Shown here: positions 1-9,014 of the stretch, in pieces
Layout: every line of letters begins with the position of its first letter
Position numbering within the stretch: the first letter of the stretch is position 1
Assembly: GCA_964352065.1 (NCBI GenBank)
Contig: CAYGQM010000019.1
Span: forward strand, 78-64,077
Origin: an uncultured Opitutaceae bacterium
GTDB taxonomy: Bacteria; Verrucomicrobiota; Verrucomicrobiia; Opitutales; UBA2995
Direction of reading: 5' to 3'
DNA length: 64,000 bases
Program-made: the position numbers and the translations under genes
Notes under the pieces: generated by a model
Database searches by the model: none
Told to the model about the DNA's origin: nothing
What the model saw: the letters and a program-made list of their open reading frames with translations, nothing else

Positions 1-249
1 GATAATAATGCCATGGAGAATGCGATACGCCCCACCGCCATCGGTAAAAAGAACTGGATGTTCGTTGGACATCCCCAGGCCGGAGAACGCGCCGCCATCC
101 TTTACTCCATCCGCATCAGCTGCCAGCGACTCGAAATCGACATCGCGCAGTATCTCAAAGAAATCCTCTCCATCGACACCCGCGTGGCCGAGGACAATCA
201 ACTCGCCGCCCTCACCCCAGCACGCTGGAAAAAAGCAACCTCAATCTGA
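1..249 (+). CDS. IS66-family transposase, C-terminal fragment (5' end outside the window)
   Basis: Frame 1 is open from base 1. 'ENAIRPTAIGKKNWMFVGHPQAGERAAILYSIRISCQ...EIDIAQYLKEIL' matches the conserved IS66 TnpC C-terminal region (RP.A.GRKNW.F.GS..GG..AA..YSL). Stop TGA at 247-249. Confidence 0.8.
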   Translation, partial: DNNAMENAIRPTAIGKKNWMFVGHPQAGERAAILYSIRISCQRLEIDIAQYLKEILSIDTRVAEDNQLAALTPARWKKATSI

Positions 250-272
250 GGGGCAGACTTTGGGTCGCTTAC
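1..272 (+). mobile_element. Right-hand end of an IS66-family insertion sequence (truncated by the window start)
   Basis: The transposase C-terminus (1-249) is followed about 20 nt later by ...GGGTCGCTTAC ending at 272. This is the reverse complement of the GTAAGCG terminus typical of IS66-family inverted repeats. Confidence 0.7.
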
Positions 273-389
273 GAATCCTCTTCATTGTAGCAGGGTATTT
301 GTATAATGATTTTCACAAATAGCGGAGCAGACTGTAACAGTTAGAAGCAAGAATAAAATTATTCTGTTCGAAGCACTAAAAAGAACCAC

Positions 390-1169
390 CTAACTCGATA
401 TTCGATAGCTTCGGACATCACTATTTGAGGCGTTTTTAAGGACGACAGATCGCCACAATAATCTGCGGAAAAAATAATAGAACAAGACTCGAAATGAATT
501 AAAGATCGATTTACTTGACACACTGCTTGAAGGTGCGCGGTAGTGAATTGGCACTTCAGCAACTCTATTTTTTCTTAATAAATATCTCAACTCTGTTTGA
601 TAAAAATGTCCTCTTGAAAGTAACGAATAATCCAAAAACTTTCCTACAACACTGCGATGGAATCCCTGATAACCCGAAGTCATATCCTTAAAACCTGTTG
701 ACAACAGGAAATTGGAAAGAAACGTACCACCCTTGGAAAGTATATGCCGCTTGATGTTAGAATCCTGAATTGAACCACCGTTTATAAAACGACTACCAAA
801 CGCACAGTCATTGCCTTCGGTTAATACTCTCAAGAACATCGGCAAAGCTCGAGGGTCATGAGATAATCCACCATCCATTTCGATCATTAGCTCATGGCCT
901 TTCTCATGAGCAACCCGATAGCCCTTTAAATATGCATCAACCACATTTTTGTTTTCAGGAGACCAAACTAACTCGAACCTTTCATCTTTTTCCTGAAGTT
1001 CCTCGCATAATTTCTTGGTATCATCCTTGGAAGCATTATCGACCACTAAATAAACCTTCCCAGATTCAAGGAAATCCAACGTTTCGCTTAACAAACTTAT
1101 AAGCGGTTGAAAATCCTTCCCCTCATTAGCTAAAGGAATAATAACCGCAAAATCTATGTTAATAAGCAT
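390..1169 (-). CDS. GT2 glycosyltransferase, Dpm1/ArnC/GtrB-like polyprenyl-phosphate sugar synthase
   Basis: 'FAVIIPLANEGKDF...VYLVVDNASKDDT' GT-A N-terminus, 'IEMDGGLSHDP' DxD-type region, about 260 aa with a hydrophobic C-terminal tail. The start lies 1 nt from the stop of the upstream gene. Confidence 0.75.
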   Translation of the reverse strand: MLINIDFAVIIPLANEGKDFQPLISLLSETLDFLESGKVYLVVDNASKDDTKKLCEELQEKDERFELVWSPENKNVVDAYLKGYRVAHEKGHELMIEMDGGLSHDPRALPMFLRVLTEGNDCAFGSRFINGGSIQDSNIKRHILSKGGTFLSNFLLSTGFKDMTSGYQGFHRSVVGKFLDYSLLSRGHFYQTELRYLLRKNRVAEVPIHYRAPSSSVSSKSIFNSFRVLFYYFFRRLLWRSVVLKNASNSDVRSYRISS

Positions 1170-1170
1170 A

Positions 1171-2172
1171 TCAGTTTCCTATGATCTTAAGATCTTCGAT
1201 CCAAGCATTTAAGAGCCTCAATTCATCTTCCAACACAAGTCCTACTCGAACAAATTCATTGTAACAAATCAGGAGGTTATCATACAGATTTTCTTTACCA
1301 TCCTTAAGTTTTGCACCTTCCAATAAATCCTTTATTTTTTGGTTATTCAAATAACCAGGTATTTCGTCATTAAAGTCTAACATCAAATCGTGGTCATTTC
1401 TGTCCTGATACACATTGGGAGAGTGGAATGATAATTGCGAATCAATGGTCCAAAGAAGCCTTTGCGCGACAAAACTACGCCAGATGTCGGTCATTCTAAA
1501 TGAGCAATAAGAAGGCAAGTACAACAATGGAAAAGCTTCGGAAAACCAAGTAGTGTTTTGACTATTAAATGGACACCAAACTCCTGTATTCAATACGACG
1601 GGTAATTTACGGGGCGAAAAGTTAAACGGCAAATCTCCAATTAACCTATAAATAGCGTCTACATCCGGATTTTCATCAGCCAAGCCCTGCTGAATAGGAG
1701 AAAAATACTCTCCGCTTTCTGTCAAATTTGGAGCAACTTTATTGATTTCAGCTAAAGGCAAGCCTCTAGGCCAAATATTGGAATCTGCAAAATAATTGTA
1801 CACATTAACCCATCCTTTCAGAGAAAGACAATCTCCCACTATGTGGGGAGATTGAGAGAACTCAAATCCATCAGCAGGCAAATTATCGTCGTCAGTCTCC
1901 CAAATCGTTTCGACCCCCGACCTTATAGCCTCCAAATACCCTATATTTTTCCTTGCATAGTGGCCTTTAGGACAAATTGAAGCAAAAGAAAAAGGTAATT
2001 TTTGTTGTTCCTCAAAACTAAAATAATCGCAATCTTGAAGATGAAAATCTGGAGGCGACTTTAAATCCCCAATCAAAATAAATCTATAACCATACCTTGA
2101 AGACATTGAAGCGATACATCTCAAAGGGTGAGAAGGTTGGGAAATGGATGTAACAATGGTTGAACCAATCAT
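1171..2172 (-). CDS. DUF288/STELLO-like putative glycosyltransferase
   Basis: 'IVTSISQPS...FILIGDLKSPPDF...YARKNIGYLEAIRSG...IWETDDDN' resembles the DUF288 (STELLO) signature as I remember it. Not verified by search. Confidence 0.5.
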   Translation of the reverse strand: MIGSTIVTSISQPSHPLRCIASMSSRYGYRFILIGDLKSPPDFHLQDCDYFSFEEQQKLPFSFASICPKGHYARKNIGYLEAIRSGVETIWETDDDNLPADGFEFSQSPHIVGDCLSLKGWVNVYNYFADSNIWPRGLPLAEINKVAPNLTESGEYFSPIQQGLADENPDVDAIYRLIGDLPFNFSPRKLPVVLNTGVWCPFNSQNTTWFSEAFPLLYLPSYCSFRMTDIWRSFVAQRLLWTIDSQLSFHSPNVYQDRNDHDLMLDFNDEIPGYLNNQKIKDLLEGAKLKDGKENLYDNLLICYNEFVRVGLVLEDELRLLNAWIEDLKIIGN

Positions 2173-2408
2173 AGTTAAAAAAGGAAGTTACTAGTCAAAA
2201 GGTGGTACCAAACAACCAACAAGAACGTTGAAATTCATCATGCCAAGACAAAACAGCCTACGGCAATTGGACAGTAAGGGAATAAGATTTGATAGCAATA
2301 CGCACCAAGGTCAAAGTTGTGGTTAGAGCTTCAAAGAAAAATAAGAACACAATTATTTTTTTTGGTTAAACCGGAATTTGTAAAAATGGTTTTCAGCCCT
2401 AAAACTCC

Positions 2409-3338
2409 TTAACCAAATGCGCTAACGAGGTTCTTAACGGTGTTCGCATTTACATGATCATTCGCGGACTTTAGGTTATTGGCATTGTGGCTACCTAAAA
2501 TTACGTTACTGAATTCAATAAGGTCGGAATCGGGGGAAAGAGGCTCATTCTCAAAAACGTCAAGGGCAGCACCTCTGACCAGGCCACTCTTCAGAGCATC
2601 TACTAGAGCATTTTCATCTATGAGTGGACCCCTTGCTACGTTGATAATGAAAGGTTTTTGTTTCATCGACTCAAATACCTCCTTTTTCAAAAGGTGTCGA
2701 TTTTCGAGAGTCAAATTGCAGCACAAACACAGAAAATCGGAATCCAAACAAAGTTCATTTAAAGATTGAAAATCCCCTGAAGAAGGAGGCTCCATTTCGC
2801 TACTTTTTACATCAAAAGCATTGACCCTCATGCCAAAACTTACTGCAAATTTATAAATTGACCTCCCAATAGAACCAAATCCTATCAGACCGAGTTTCTT
2901 TCCTGCTAATCCTTCACCCTCAGGCTTGACCCACTCCCCTTTCCTGACAGACCTATCAACAACTAATAAATGACGAGACAGCATCAACATATAACCCAAA
3001 GCAACCTCTGCGACTGCGTCAGAAAACGCCCCAGGAGAGTTGTAAACTGGAATGCCGATAAGCTTGGCAGCCTCCAAGTCAATGGAATCTAAACCTACTC
3101 CCCATTTACTGATCACTTTTAATCTAGGAGAATAAGCCTCTAACACCTCTCTAGTAAATTCATCATCTCCGGCAATGATACCATCAATCTTTCCTGCATA
3201 TTCAAGTAATTCATGCTCTCTGAGGAATTGCTTAACATCAGGCATGATAAACTCAAAATCAGTCCATAATTCTTTAAACTGTCCTGATCTCAAGCATTTT
3301 TGCATAAGGACATTCAGTATGAGTACTTTCTTTTTCAT
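2409..3338 (-). CDS. D-isomer-specific 2-hydroxyacid dehydrogenase (SerA/GhrA-like, NAD-binding)
   Basis: 'GKKLGLIGFGSIGRSI' Rossmann GxGxxG motif, 'INVARGPLIDENALVDAL' and 'AALDVFENEP...GSHNA' catalytic-region motifs. Confidence 0.85.
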   Translation of the reverse strand: MKKKVLILNVLMQKCLRSGQFKELWTDFEFIMPDVKQFLREHELLEYAGKIDGIIAGDDEFTREVLEAYSPRLKVISKWGVGLDSIDLEAAKLIGIPVYNSPGAFSDAVAEVALGYMLMLSRHLLVVDRSVRKGEWVKPEGEGLAGKKLGLIGFGSIGRSIYKFAVSFGMRVNAFDVKSSEMEPPSSGDFQSLNELCLDSDFLCLCCNLTLENRHLLKKEVFESMKQKPFIINVARGPLIDENALVDALKSGLVRGAALDVFENEPLSPDSDLIEFSNVILGSHNANNLKSANDHVNANTVKNLVSAFG

Positions 3339-3518
3339 GGTGAATCAACTATAGGTGTATTTATTCATTTCGACCTAGGTCTAATTTAATTTTATGGTCA
3401 ATAGATTTGTAGATCGGACACAGGAAAAAAAACTGACACTAATGAAAATAAGGGAAAATGCAGTATTTGTTGGTTTATGCAATGATACTCCGAAACCACC
3501 CATTGACACCATTTAAAT

Positions 3519-4358
3519 ATGAAATCGCGGGACATATCCTCAATACCTTCCATAAAAAATCCTACTAAGTTACTATTGAGTATACTTACTGGAATTTATC
3601 TAGGAAGAACATTGGCATTTAGATTATTTGTTCGTGATATCAAATCTGAATTCAAGGCAACCGCACTGGGACAGATTTGGAATTTCATGGATCCTATTGT
3701 CTACTCGGTAATCTTCATAATCCTGAGTAACGGGCAAATAATCAGCACTGATTCTATCGAAATACCTTATCCTGTGTATGTCGTTGTTGGAATGATGCTG
3801 TTTCAAACATTTTCACAAGCCTTACTGTATCCCTTTGGAATTTTTCAACGATCCAAGCCACTCCTTCAAGAAGTGAATATCCCAATTGAAAGCCTTTGGA
3901 TGTCATTACTCCTGAGGCAAGGTTTTGATTCCATATTCAGAATTGCAGTAATGTTGATCCTTCTCGGATTTTACGGACTAGTCTCACTAAAAGGCATAGC
4001 ACTTTTTCTTATCGTCATTCCAATTACTATTCTCAGCGGAGTGAGCATCGGATTATTGTTCGCACCCTTAAATGGAATCTACGACGACTTTTCAAAACTT
4101 GCCCATATCCTGATGCGCCCACTAATGTTCATCACTCCGACATTCTTTAAAGATTACGATTCATTACCAATCATAAGCACCTTCAACTACTATAACCCTT
4201 TGGCAATCTGCATGGAATCGATGCGCTCGGGTGTCGCGATGACCTATTATACCAATGGAACGCAGTTTCTTACGCTCTGCATATTGTCATTTATAATTTT
4301 CTTTTTGGCAGTTATTTTCTTTACAATAACAATCAATATAGTTGCTGAAAACTTGTAA
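3519..4358 (+). CDS. wzm: ABC-2 type polysaccharide export permease (Wzm/TagG/KpsM-like)
   Basis: 'LAFRLFVRDIKSEFKATALGQIWNFMDPIV' N-terminal signature of ABC-2 permeases and about 6 hydrophobic spans. It lies in an operon with an ABC ATPase. Confidence 0.8.
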   Translation: MKSRDISSIPSIKNPTKLLLSILTGIYLGRTLAFRLFVRDIKSEFKATALGQIWNFMDPIVYSVIFIILSNGQIISTDSIEIPYPVYVVVGMMLFQTFSQALLYPFGIFQRSKPLLQEVNIPIESLWMSLLLRQGFDSIFRIAVMLILLGFYGLVSLKGIALFLIVIPITILSGVSIGLLFAPLNGIYDDFSKLAHILMRPLMFITPTFFKDYDSLPIISTFNYYNPLAICMESMRSGVAMTYYTNGTQFLTLCILSFIIFFLAVIFFTITINIVAENL

Positions 4359-4383
4359 TATCCTAAAACCTTAGATAACAGAT

Positions 4384-5247
4384 ATGATTTCAAAAAAATT
4401 TCCAGACGGTCACTTTTATTCGACAATTCCTTCAGAAAAGGAATTAGAGTCATATTCTCCAGCTGGGTTCGAAAAAATTATTGAATCAAATTCCATCGAC
4501 TACAATATCGACAAACAATTAGCCAACCTGCATGACCTAATCAACGTGGAAAGTGAATTCCCTTTCCCTAAAGATAAAAGCAAGGGATTCAGGTATTACT
4601 ACGATAACCCTTTTTTCAATATTTCTGACGGCTTCTTTTATTCAGCATTCCTGAAAGCTTTTAAGCCAAAAAAAATAATTGAAGTAGGATCAGGTTTCTC
4701 ATCAGCACTTCTCCTAGATACCATTGACAGAGATACTGATTACAACCCACAAGTCACATTTATTGAACCATACAACGAGCGACTACTATCGTTGCTCAGA
4801 ATGAATGACGTGGAAAATTGCAAAATTGAAAAAAGCTTCGTACAGAGCACGAAAATCGAAGAATTCCAAAAACTTGAAGATGGTGATTTACTTTTTATAG
4901 ATTCAAGCCATGTGTCAAAATTCGGAAGTGATTTAAATTTCATATTATTTAATGTATTGCCGAATTTAAACGAGGGAGTATTTGTTCACTTTCACGATAT
5001 TTTTGATAATTTTGAGTACCCTCAACATTGGCTAAAAGAAGGACGATTTTGGAACGAAAATTACCTGCTTCGCTCGTTCCTTTCTTTTAATAATATTTGG
5101 AGCATAGAGATATTCGCCAGATTCATCCACAAACGTTTCAATGAAGTAATCTCAAATGAAACACCGTTCTTATTATGCCACCCAGGAGGAAGCTTATATA
5201 TACGAAGAAACACTCAACAGCCTCAGGATCCTGTTCATATAAAATGA
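4384..5247 (+). CDS. Class I SAM-dependent methyltransferase (Methyltransf_24-like)
   Basis: 'IIEVGSGFSSALLLD' motif I and 'LLFIDSSHVSKFGSDLNFI...GVFVHFHDIF'. The gene is inserted between wzm and wzt. Confidence 0.65.
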   Translation: MISKKFPDGHFYSTIPSEKELESYSPAGFEKIIESNSIDYNIDKQLANLHDLINVESEFPFPKDKSKGFRYYYDNPFFNISDGFFYSAFLKAFKPKKIIEVGSGFSSALLLDTIDRDTDYNPQVTFIEPYNERLLSLLRMNDVENCKIEKSFVQSTKIEEFQKLEDGDLLFIDSSHVSKFGSDLNFILFNVLPNLNEGVFVHFHDIFDNFEYPQHWLKEGRFWNENYLLRSFLSFNNIWSIEIFARFIHKRFNEVISNETPFLLCHPGGSLYIRRNTQQPQDPVHIK

Positions 5248-5304
5248 ATTTCGTAGGATATTACTTTATTTCAAAAATTACGCCAAAACTGTAATTATCC
5301 TTAA

Positions 5305-6549
5305 ATGAAAGAAAAAGCGATAGAAGTGGTAAATATATCAAAGAAGTTTGCCGTTAACAGTGATAAACATCGCAGATATGCATTACTAGACTTATTGAAA
5401 GAAACTGTCGGCATTGAACGTTCAACTTCTCTGAGAAATGATGAATATTGGGCGGTCAACAATATTTCATTTGATGTACTAAAAGGAGAATCCTTAGCCT
5501 TGATCGGAAGAAATGGCTGCGGTAAAACGACGACCCTTAAAATCATAGCAGGCTTACTTAATCCTGACCGTGGCCACATAAAAATTAATGGCAGAATTCA
5601 AGCTATGATTTCTTTGGGCGCAGGGTTTAACTCATCACTATCAGGACGGGAGAATATTTATAATTCAGCAGCCGTTCTGGGGCTCACTAAGCGGGAGACA
5701 CTCAAAATCATGGACGAGATTATAGAATTCTCCGAACTGGAAGAATTCATTAACAGTCCAGTCTCTACCTATAGCTCCGGAATGAAAGCAAGATTAGGGT
5801 TTTCCGTTTCAATTAATTTAAAACCAGATATCCTCATAGTTGATGAGATCCTAAGCGTAGGGGACTACGCTTTTCAGAATAAATGCAATGAAAAGTTCGT
5901 GGAATTACAGAAAAAAAACGTTACCATTCTTCTAGTTTCACATTCTCACTCCAAGGTCATTCAGCTCTGCAATAGAGCTGTCTGGTTGGAAAAAGGAGAA
6001 ATGATTGACTCTGGCGAAGCTTCGCCTGTCGTAAAAAACTACATCGAGCATACTGAAAGACTTTCATATCATAAAAGTCTTTCAAGAATTAAAAACAAGG
6101 GACACGAGTCAATTTACGGACCAATTTATCCGCTATCCGATATTATTCAGGATTTTTACTTTAACCTTTTACCTGATAAAGAGATATTACCACTTTCCAG
6201 AGTTACAATAAATTTCGGATTTAAAGTTACGAGAAAAATTAGTGACCTAAATATCACATTAAATTTTGTTACAAAAGACGGTCGATTGATAACTGCAATT
6301 TCCACACTAAACGAAGACTTCAACTTACCAGACGACAATAATTGCGTAAATCTTACCTTGTCTATCGATAAGCTTCCATTAAACCCAGGGACTTATGTGA
6401 TAACAATGCCAATACACGAAGGACACAGTTATCTGTTTAGAGATATCGTAGCTGAATTCGCCATTTATCCTTCTGGCAAATTACACTGGGGAACTTGTGC
6501 ATTTCCATATAATTACAAGTTCAACTCCAAGACAATTAACTTCCACTAA
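5305..6549 (+). CDS. wzt: Polysaccharide ABC transporter ATP-binding protein with C-terminal extension (Wzt-like)
   Basis: Walker A 'GRNGCGKTT', signature 'YSSGMKARLGF', Walker B 'ILIVDE'. About 150 extra C-terminal residues (nt ~6100-6546) are beta-rich, like the Wzt carbohydrate-binding domain. Confidence 0.85.
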   Translation: MKEKAIEVVNISKKFAVNSDKHRRYALLDLLKETVGIERSTSLRNDEYWAVNNISFDVLKGESLALIGRNGCGKTTTLKIIAGLLNPDRGHIKINGRIQAMISLGAGFNSSLSGRENIYNSAAVLGLTKRETLKIMDEIIEFSELEEFINSPVSTYSSGMKARLGFSVSINLKPDILIVDEILSVGDYAFQNKCNEKFVELQKKNVTILLVSHSHSKVIQLCNRAVWLEKGEMIDSGEASPVVKNYIEHTERLSYHKSLSRIKNKGHESIYGPIYPLSDIIQDFYFNLLPDKEILPLSRVTINFGFKVTRKISDLNITLNFVTKDGRLITAISTLNEDFNLPDDNNCVNLTLSIDKLPLNPGTYVITMPIHEGHSYLFRDIVAEFAIYPSGKLHWGTCAFPYNYKFNSKTINFH

Positions 6550-6580
6550 GAACTAGATCTATCAACAGTTTCACATCATT

Positions 6581-6617
6581 AAATAAAGCATAAAATATGA
6601 GCTTTATTTATTTTTAT
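6581..6617. terminator. AT-rich hairpin between the convergent wzt and 6604-8880 genes (possible bidirectional terminator)
   Basis: AAATAAAGC (6581-6589) pairs perfectly with GCTTTATTT (6601-6609) across an 11-nt loop and is followed by ATTTTTAT. The stem overlaps the stop of the minus-strand gene. Confidence 0.45.
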
Positions 6618-8880
6618 AAGGAATGACTAATGCCGACCCCCAATTGAAGGCACTATTTTCCGTCAAAATACCCCTGAAATCGTTCAAGTTTTCCTCCAAC
6701 ACAAAATAATATTCATCTATATATATCCTAGTATCTTGGGATTTGGTTATAAATTCCGGTTGACCACTAAATTCCACAACAGGAAACTCAACAACTTGCC
6801 ATCCTGGAATTCTTCCATCAAACGTCGAATTCATATTACTATCAAGTAAAGAAATTTCTATAGAGCGAACGGTATTTGTGACCGTTGCATTGTAAACCCT
6901 GGCAAATATTTTTATTTTTGAGACTTCCTCATAATAAACAGGAACAAAATATTTCACTTCTAGTGAAGCAACGGCAGAATGAAAGGCATTAATAGGAGAT
7001 ACACTAACCCTCCCCTTTTCCATTTCCTTAATCTGTTCAGCGGGTAAAATTGAAGACAACAATTCTATTCTTCCCACAAGCCTCTCTTTATATTCTATCT
7101 GTGAACGAAGAGAATCTTGATCAACACTCCAAATCCAACCAGTGTACCTTCCGGTATTTTCACTAATCTTCCTCACTAGAGTCAAAGCTGGCCAATAATC
7201 AAAAAGCGCCCGACGCCTCACTTGTGAAACCGGAATCGAATCAAATCCTTCAGGCCTGGGTTTTGAAAATTCAAAAATAGGCTCAGTCCACCATTCTGTA
7301 ATATATTTAATATCCAATTCCAAAAACAATCTCCCCATATCTAAATTTCTGTTATACTGTGATACCCTTTTTCCTGCAATCAAACCTTCCAAATTCACTA
7401 CTTTTCGATCAGCATAGTAACCAAGAAATCCGGCCGCCCATGACCCTATATTATCGTCTTCATTTGTCAGTTCTTTAAGATGTGAAGCATGGATTGTTTT
7501 CGCCATAGCGATATTTGGATTTTGTTTTTTAACCAAGGTTTCCGGAACGATCTTAGAAGATAGAAAAAGAAAGAGTAAGACTACAAATAAATTTGAAATA
7601 ACAATCCTACTACCTCTCTTTAAGCTCTCGATCCAGTAGAATAACACTATACTTATAGTTACAAAAACAGACAACATACTTATTCCGAAATACCATGGAG
7701 CGAGAGGACAGCCTATACTTGTCCAATAATAAAATAGTTGAAATACAAAAAATACATTAGGCACACCTAACAATACTATAACAATCGACCTACTAAAATT
7801 TTCCCTCTTCTGCCTTGATCCCCACTTCCTAATCATAAGGGCTAATCCCACACCTGAAAATAATAATAGTGGAAACGAAACATATAAAGGCTGAAAACTC
7901 TCTCTACGTCCCGATACAGTCGGAATATTCCCGAATGACACAGCATTAACAAAACCCGAGAATAAATCCTGAAGCACCTCTGCCTTCATCATCACATTCC
8001 TAATAAACAAAGGCTCCGAAAAATACCCAAAGATTTTTTGGAACAATCCATTAAGTTTATGCCCTGCCCAATCCAACTCAAATAAGTCACGCCAAAAACT
8101 TTTTATCGTTCCACTAATGGGCATTAAATGATCAAAGAAGTAATAATTTAAAGAAAAGTAGGGAATGGACAAAACAGTCATAAGAACTCCCGAAATAAAT
8201 AGATTTCGCAATCCAATCCTAGGAGTAAGCGCCAAATACAGAATAATAAGCAAAAGCCCATTATCCAAACGAGCGAGTAGAATCAAAAGACTCAACACTC
8301 CGAATCTGAACGGATTAAAAGTTACCTCCCCCTCCCAAACTCGACGGATATAAACCAAGCATAAGCAAAACAACAGGAGAGATATTGAAGACTCCATTGC
8401 ATTGACCAAAACCATTGGGCAACATGAAAATGAAACGAAGGAAACAATCAGCGATAATTGCCTTGATAGGTAGGCGCAAAGAAGTTCATATACCAAAACC
8501 GCCGCATAAACGGAGATTCCAATATTAATAACAATAACAACTCCTACATAAAAATTAGGATCAGCAAGACCCCTCAGGGGAAACGCAACAAGCATGCATA
8601 TGACGAACCAAAGAGGATGAAATCCATTAGTTGCCGTAATTCCATCAAATGTCGGGTATCCATACTCCCAAACATTTGAGGCAGTCTTAAGGTAATAAAA
8701 ACTGTCATCCGGAATCATTGCCACTCCAGTTAGAAAAAACCTCAAGAAATAAAACATTAAAAACCAGCAGCCTAGAAACACAATCAAAGCTACCTTTTCG
8801 CGCTCTTTGAGGTATAATTTTATCCCACTGAAGAATCCTCCTAATTCTTTAGTATTTTTTTCAAAGCTTGGAATGCCCAT
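6604..8880 (-). CDS. Large polytopic membrane protein, GT-C-fold-like glycosyltransferase candidate with a soluble C-terminal domain
   Basis: The first ~470 aa are hydrophobic spans (about a dozen by eye) with an acidic 'MIPDDSFYY' loop after the first spans, as in GT-C enzymes. The last ~290 aa are hydrophilic. Confidence 0.5.
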   Translation of the reverse strand: MGIPSFEKNTKELGGFFSGIKLYLKEREKVALIVFLGCWFLMFYFLRFFLTGVAMIPDDSFYYLKTASNVWEYGYPTFDGITATNGFHPLWFVICMLVAFPLRGLADPNFYVGVVIVINIGISVYAAVLVYELLCAYLSRQLSLIVSFVSFSCCPMVLVNAMESSISLLLFCLCLVYIRRVWEGEVTFNPFRFGVLSLLILLARLDNGLLLIILYLALTPRIGLRNLFISGVLMTVLSIPYFSLNYYFFDHLMPISGTIKSFWRDLFELDWAGHKLNGLFQKIFGYFSEPLFIRNVMMKAEVLQDLFSGFVNAVSFGNIPTVSGRRESFQPLYVSFPLLLFSGVGLALMIRKWGSRQKRENFSRSIVIVLLGVPNVFFVFQLFYYWTSIGCPLAPWYFGISMLSVFVTISIVLFYWIESLKRGSRIVISNLFVVLLFLFLSSKIVPETLVKKQNPNIAMAKTIHASHLKELTNEDDNIGSWAAGFLGYYADRKVVNLEGLIAGKRVSQYNRNLDMGRLFLELDIKYITEWWTEPIFEFSKPRPEGFDSIPVSQVRRRALFDYWPALTLVRKISENTGRYTGWIWSVDQDSLRSQIEYKERLVGRIELLSSILPAEQIKEMEKGRVSVSPINAFHSAVASLEVKYFVPVYYEEVSKIKIFARVYNATVTNTVRSIEISLLDSNMNSTFDGRIPGWQVVEFPVVEFSGQPEFITKSQDTRIYIDEYYFVLEENLNDFRGILTENSAFNWGSALVIPYKNK

Positions 8881-9014
8881 ATCGCATATTTAATTATTTT
8901 TCGAATCTCTATTAATATAGAAAAAGCTAATTTCCTTTTTCAAAAGATAAACACAAGAATTCATTAACAAACTATTTCATCAACAAATCCCCTAAGTCCA
9001 CCATCAAAGAACAC

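Noticed and set aside
300-307. Perfect extended -10 (TGTATAAT) just outside the IS66 end
   Set aside because: It points into the antisense strand of the GT2 gene with no plus-strand gene for 3 kb. It is expected by chance in AT-rich DNA.
8-322. 104-aa ORF overlapping the IS66 transposase fragment in another frame
   Set aside because: It is Pro/Ser-rich low-complexity sequence. The overlapping frame 1 has a clear IS66 transposase match, so this is an alternative-frame artefact.
3372-3381. 10-bp perfect palindrome GACCTAGGTC in the wzm / dehydrogenase divergent region
   Set aside because: A palindrome of this length is not improbable by chance in ~180 nt (roughly a 1 in 5 expectation). There is no second copy in the window.
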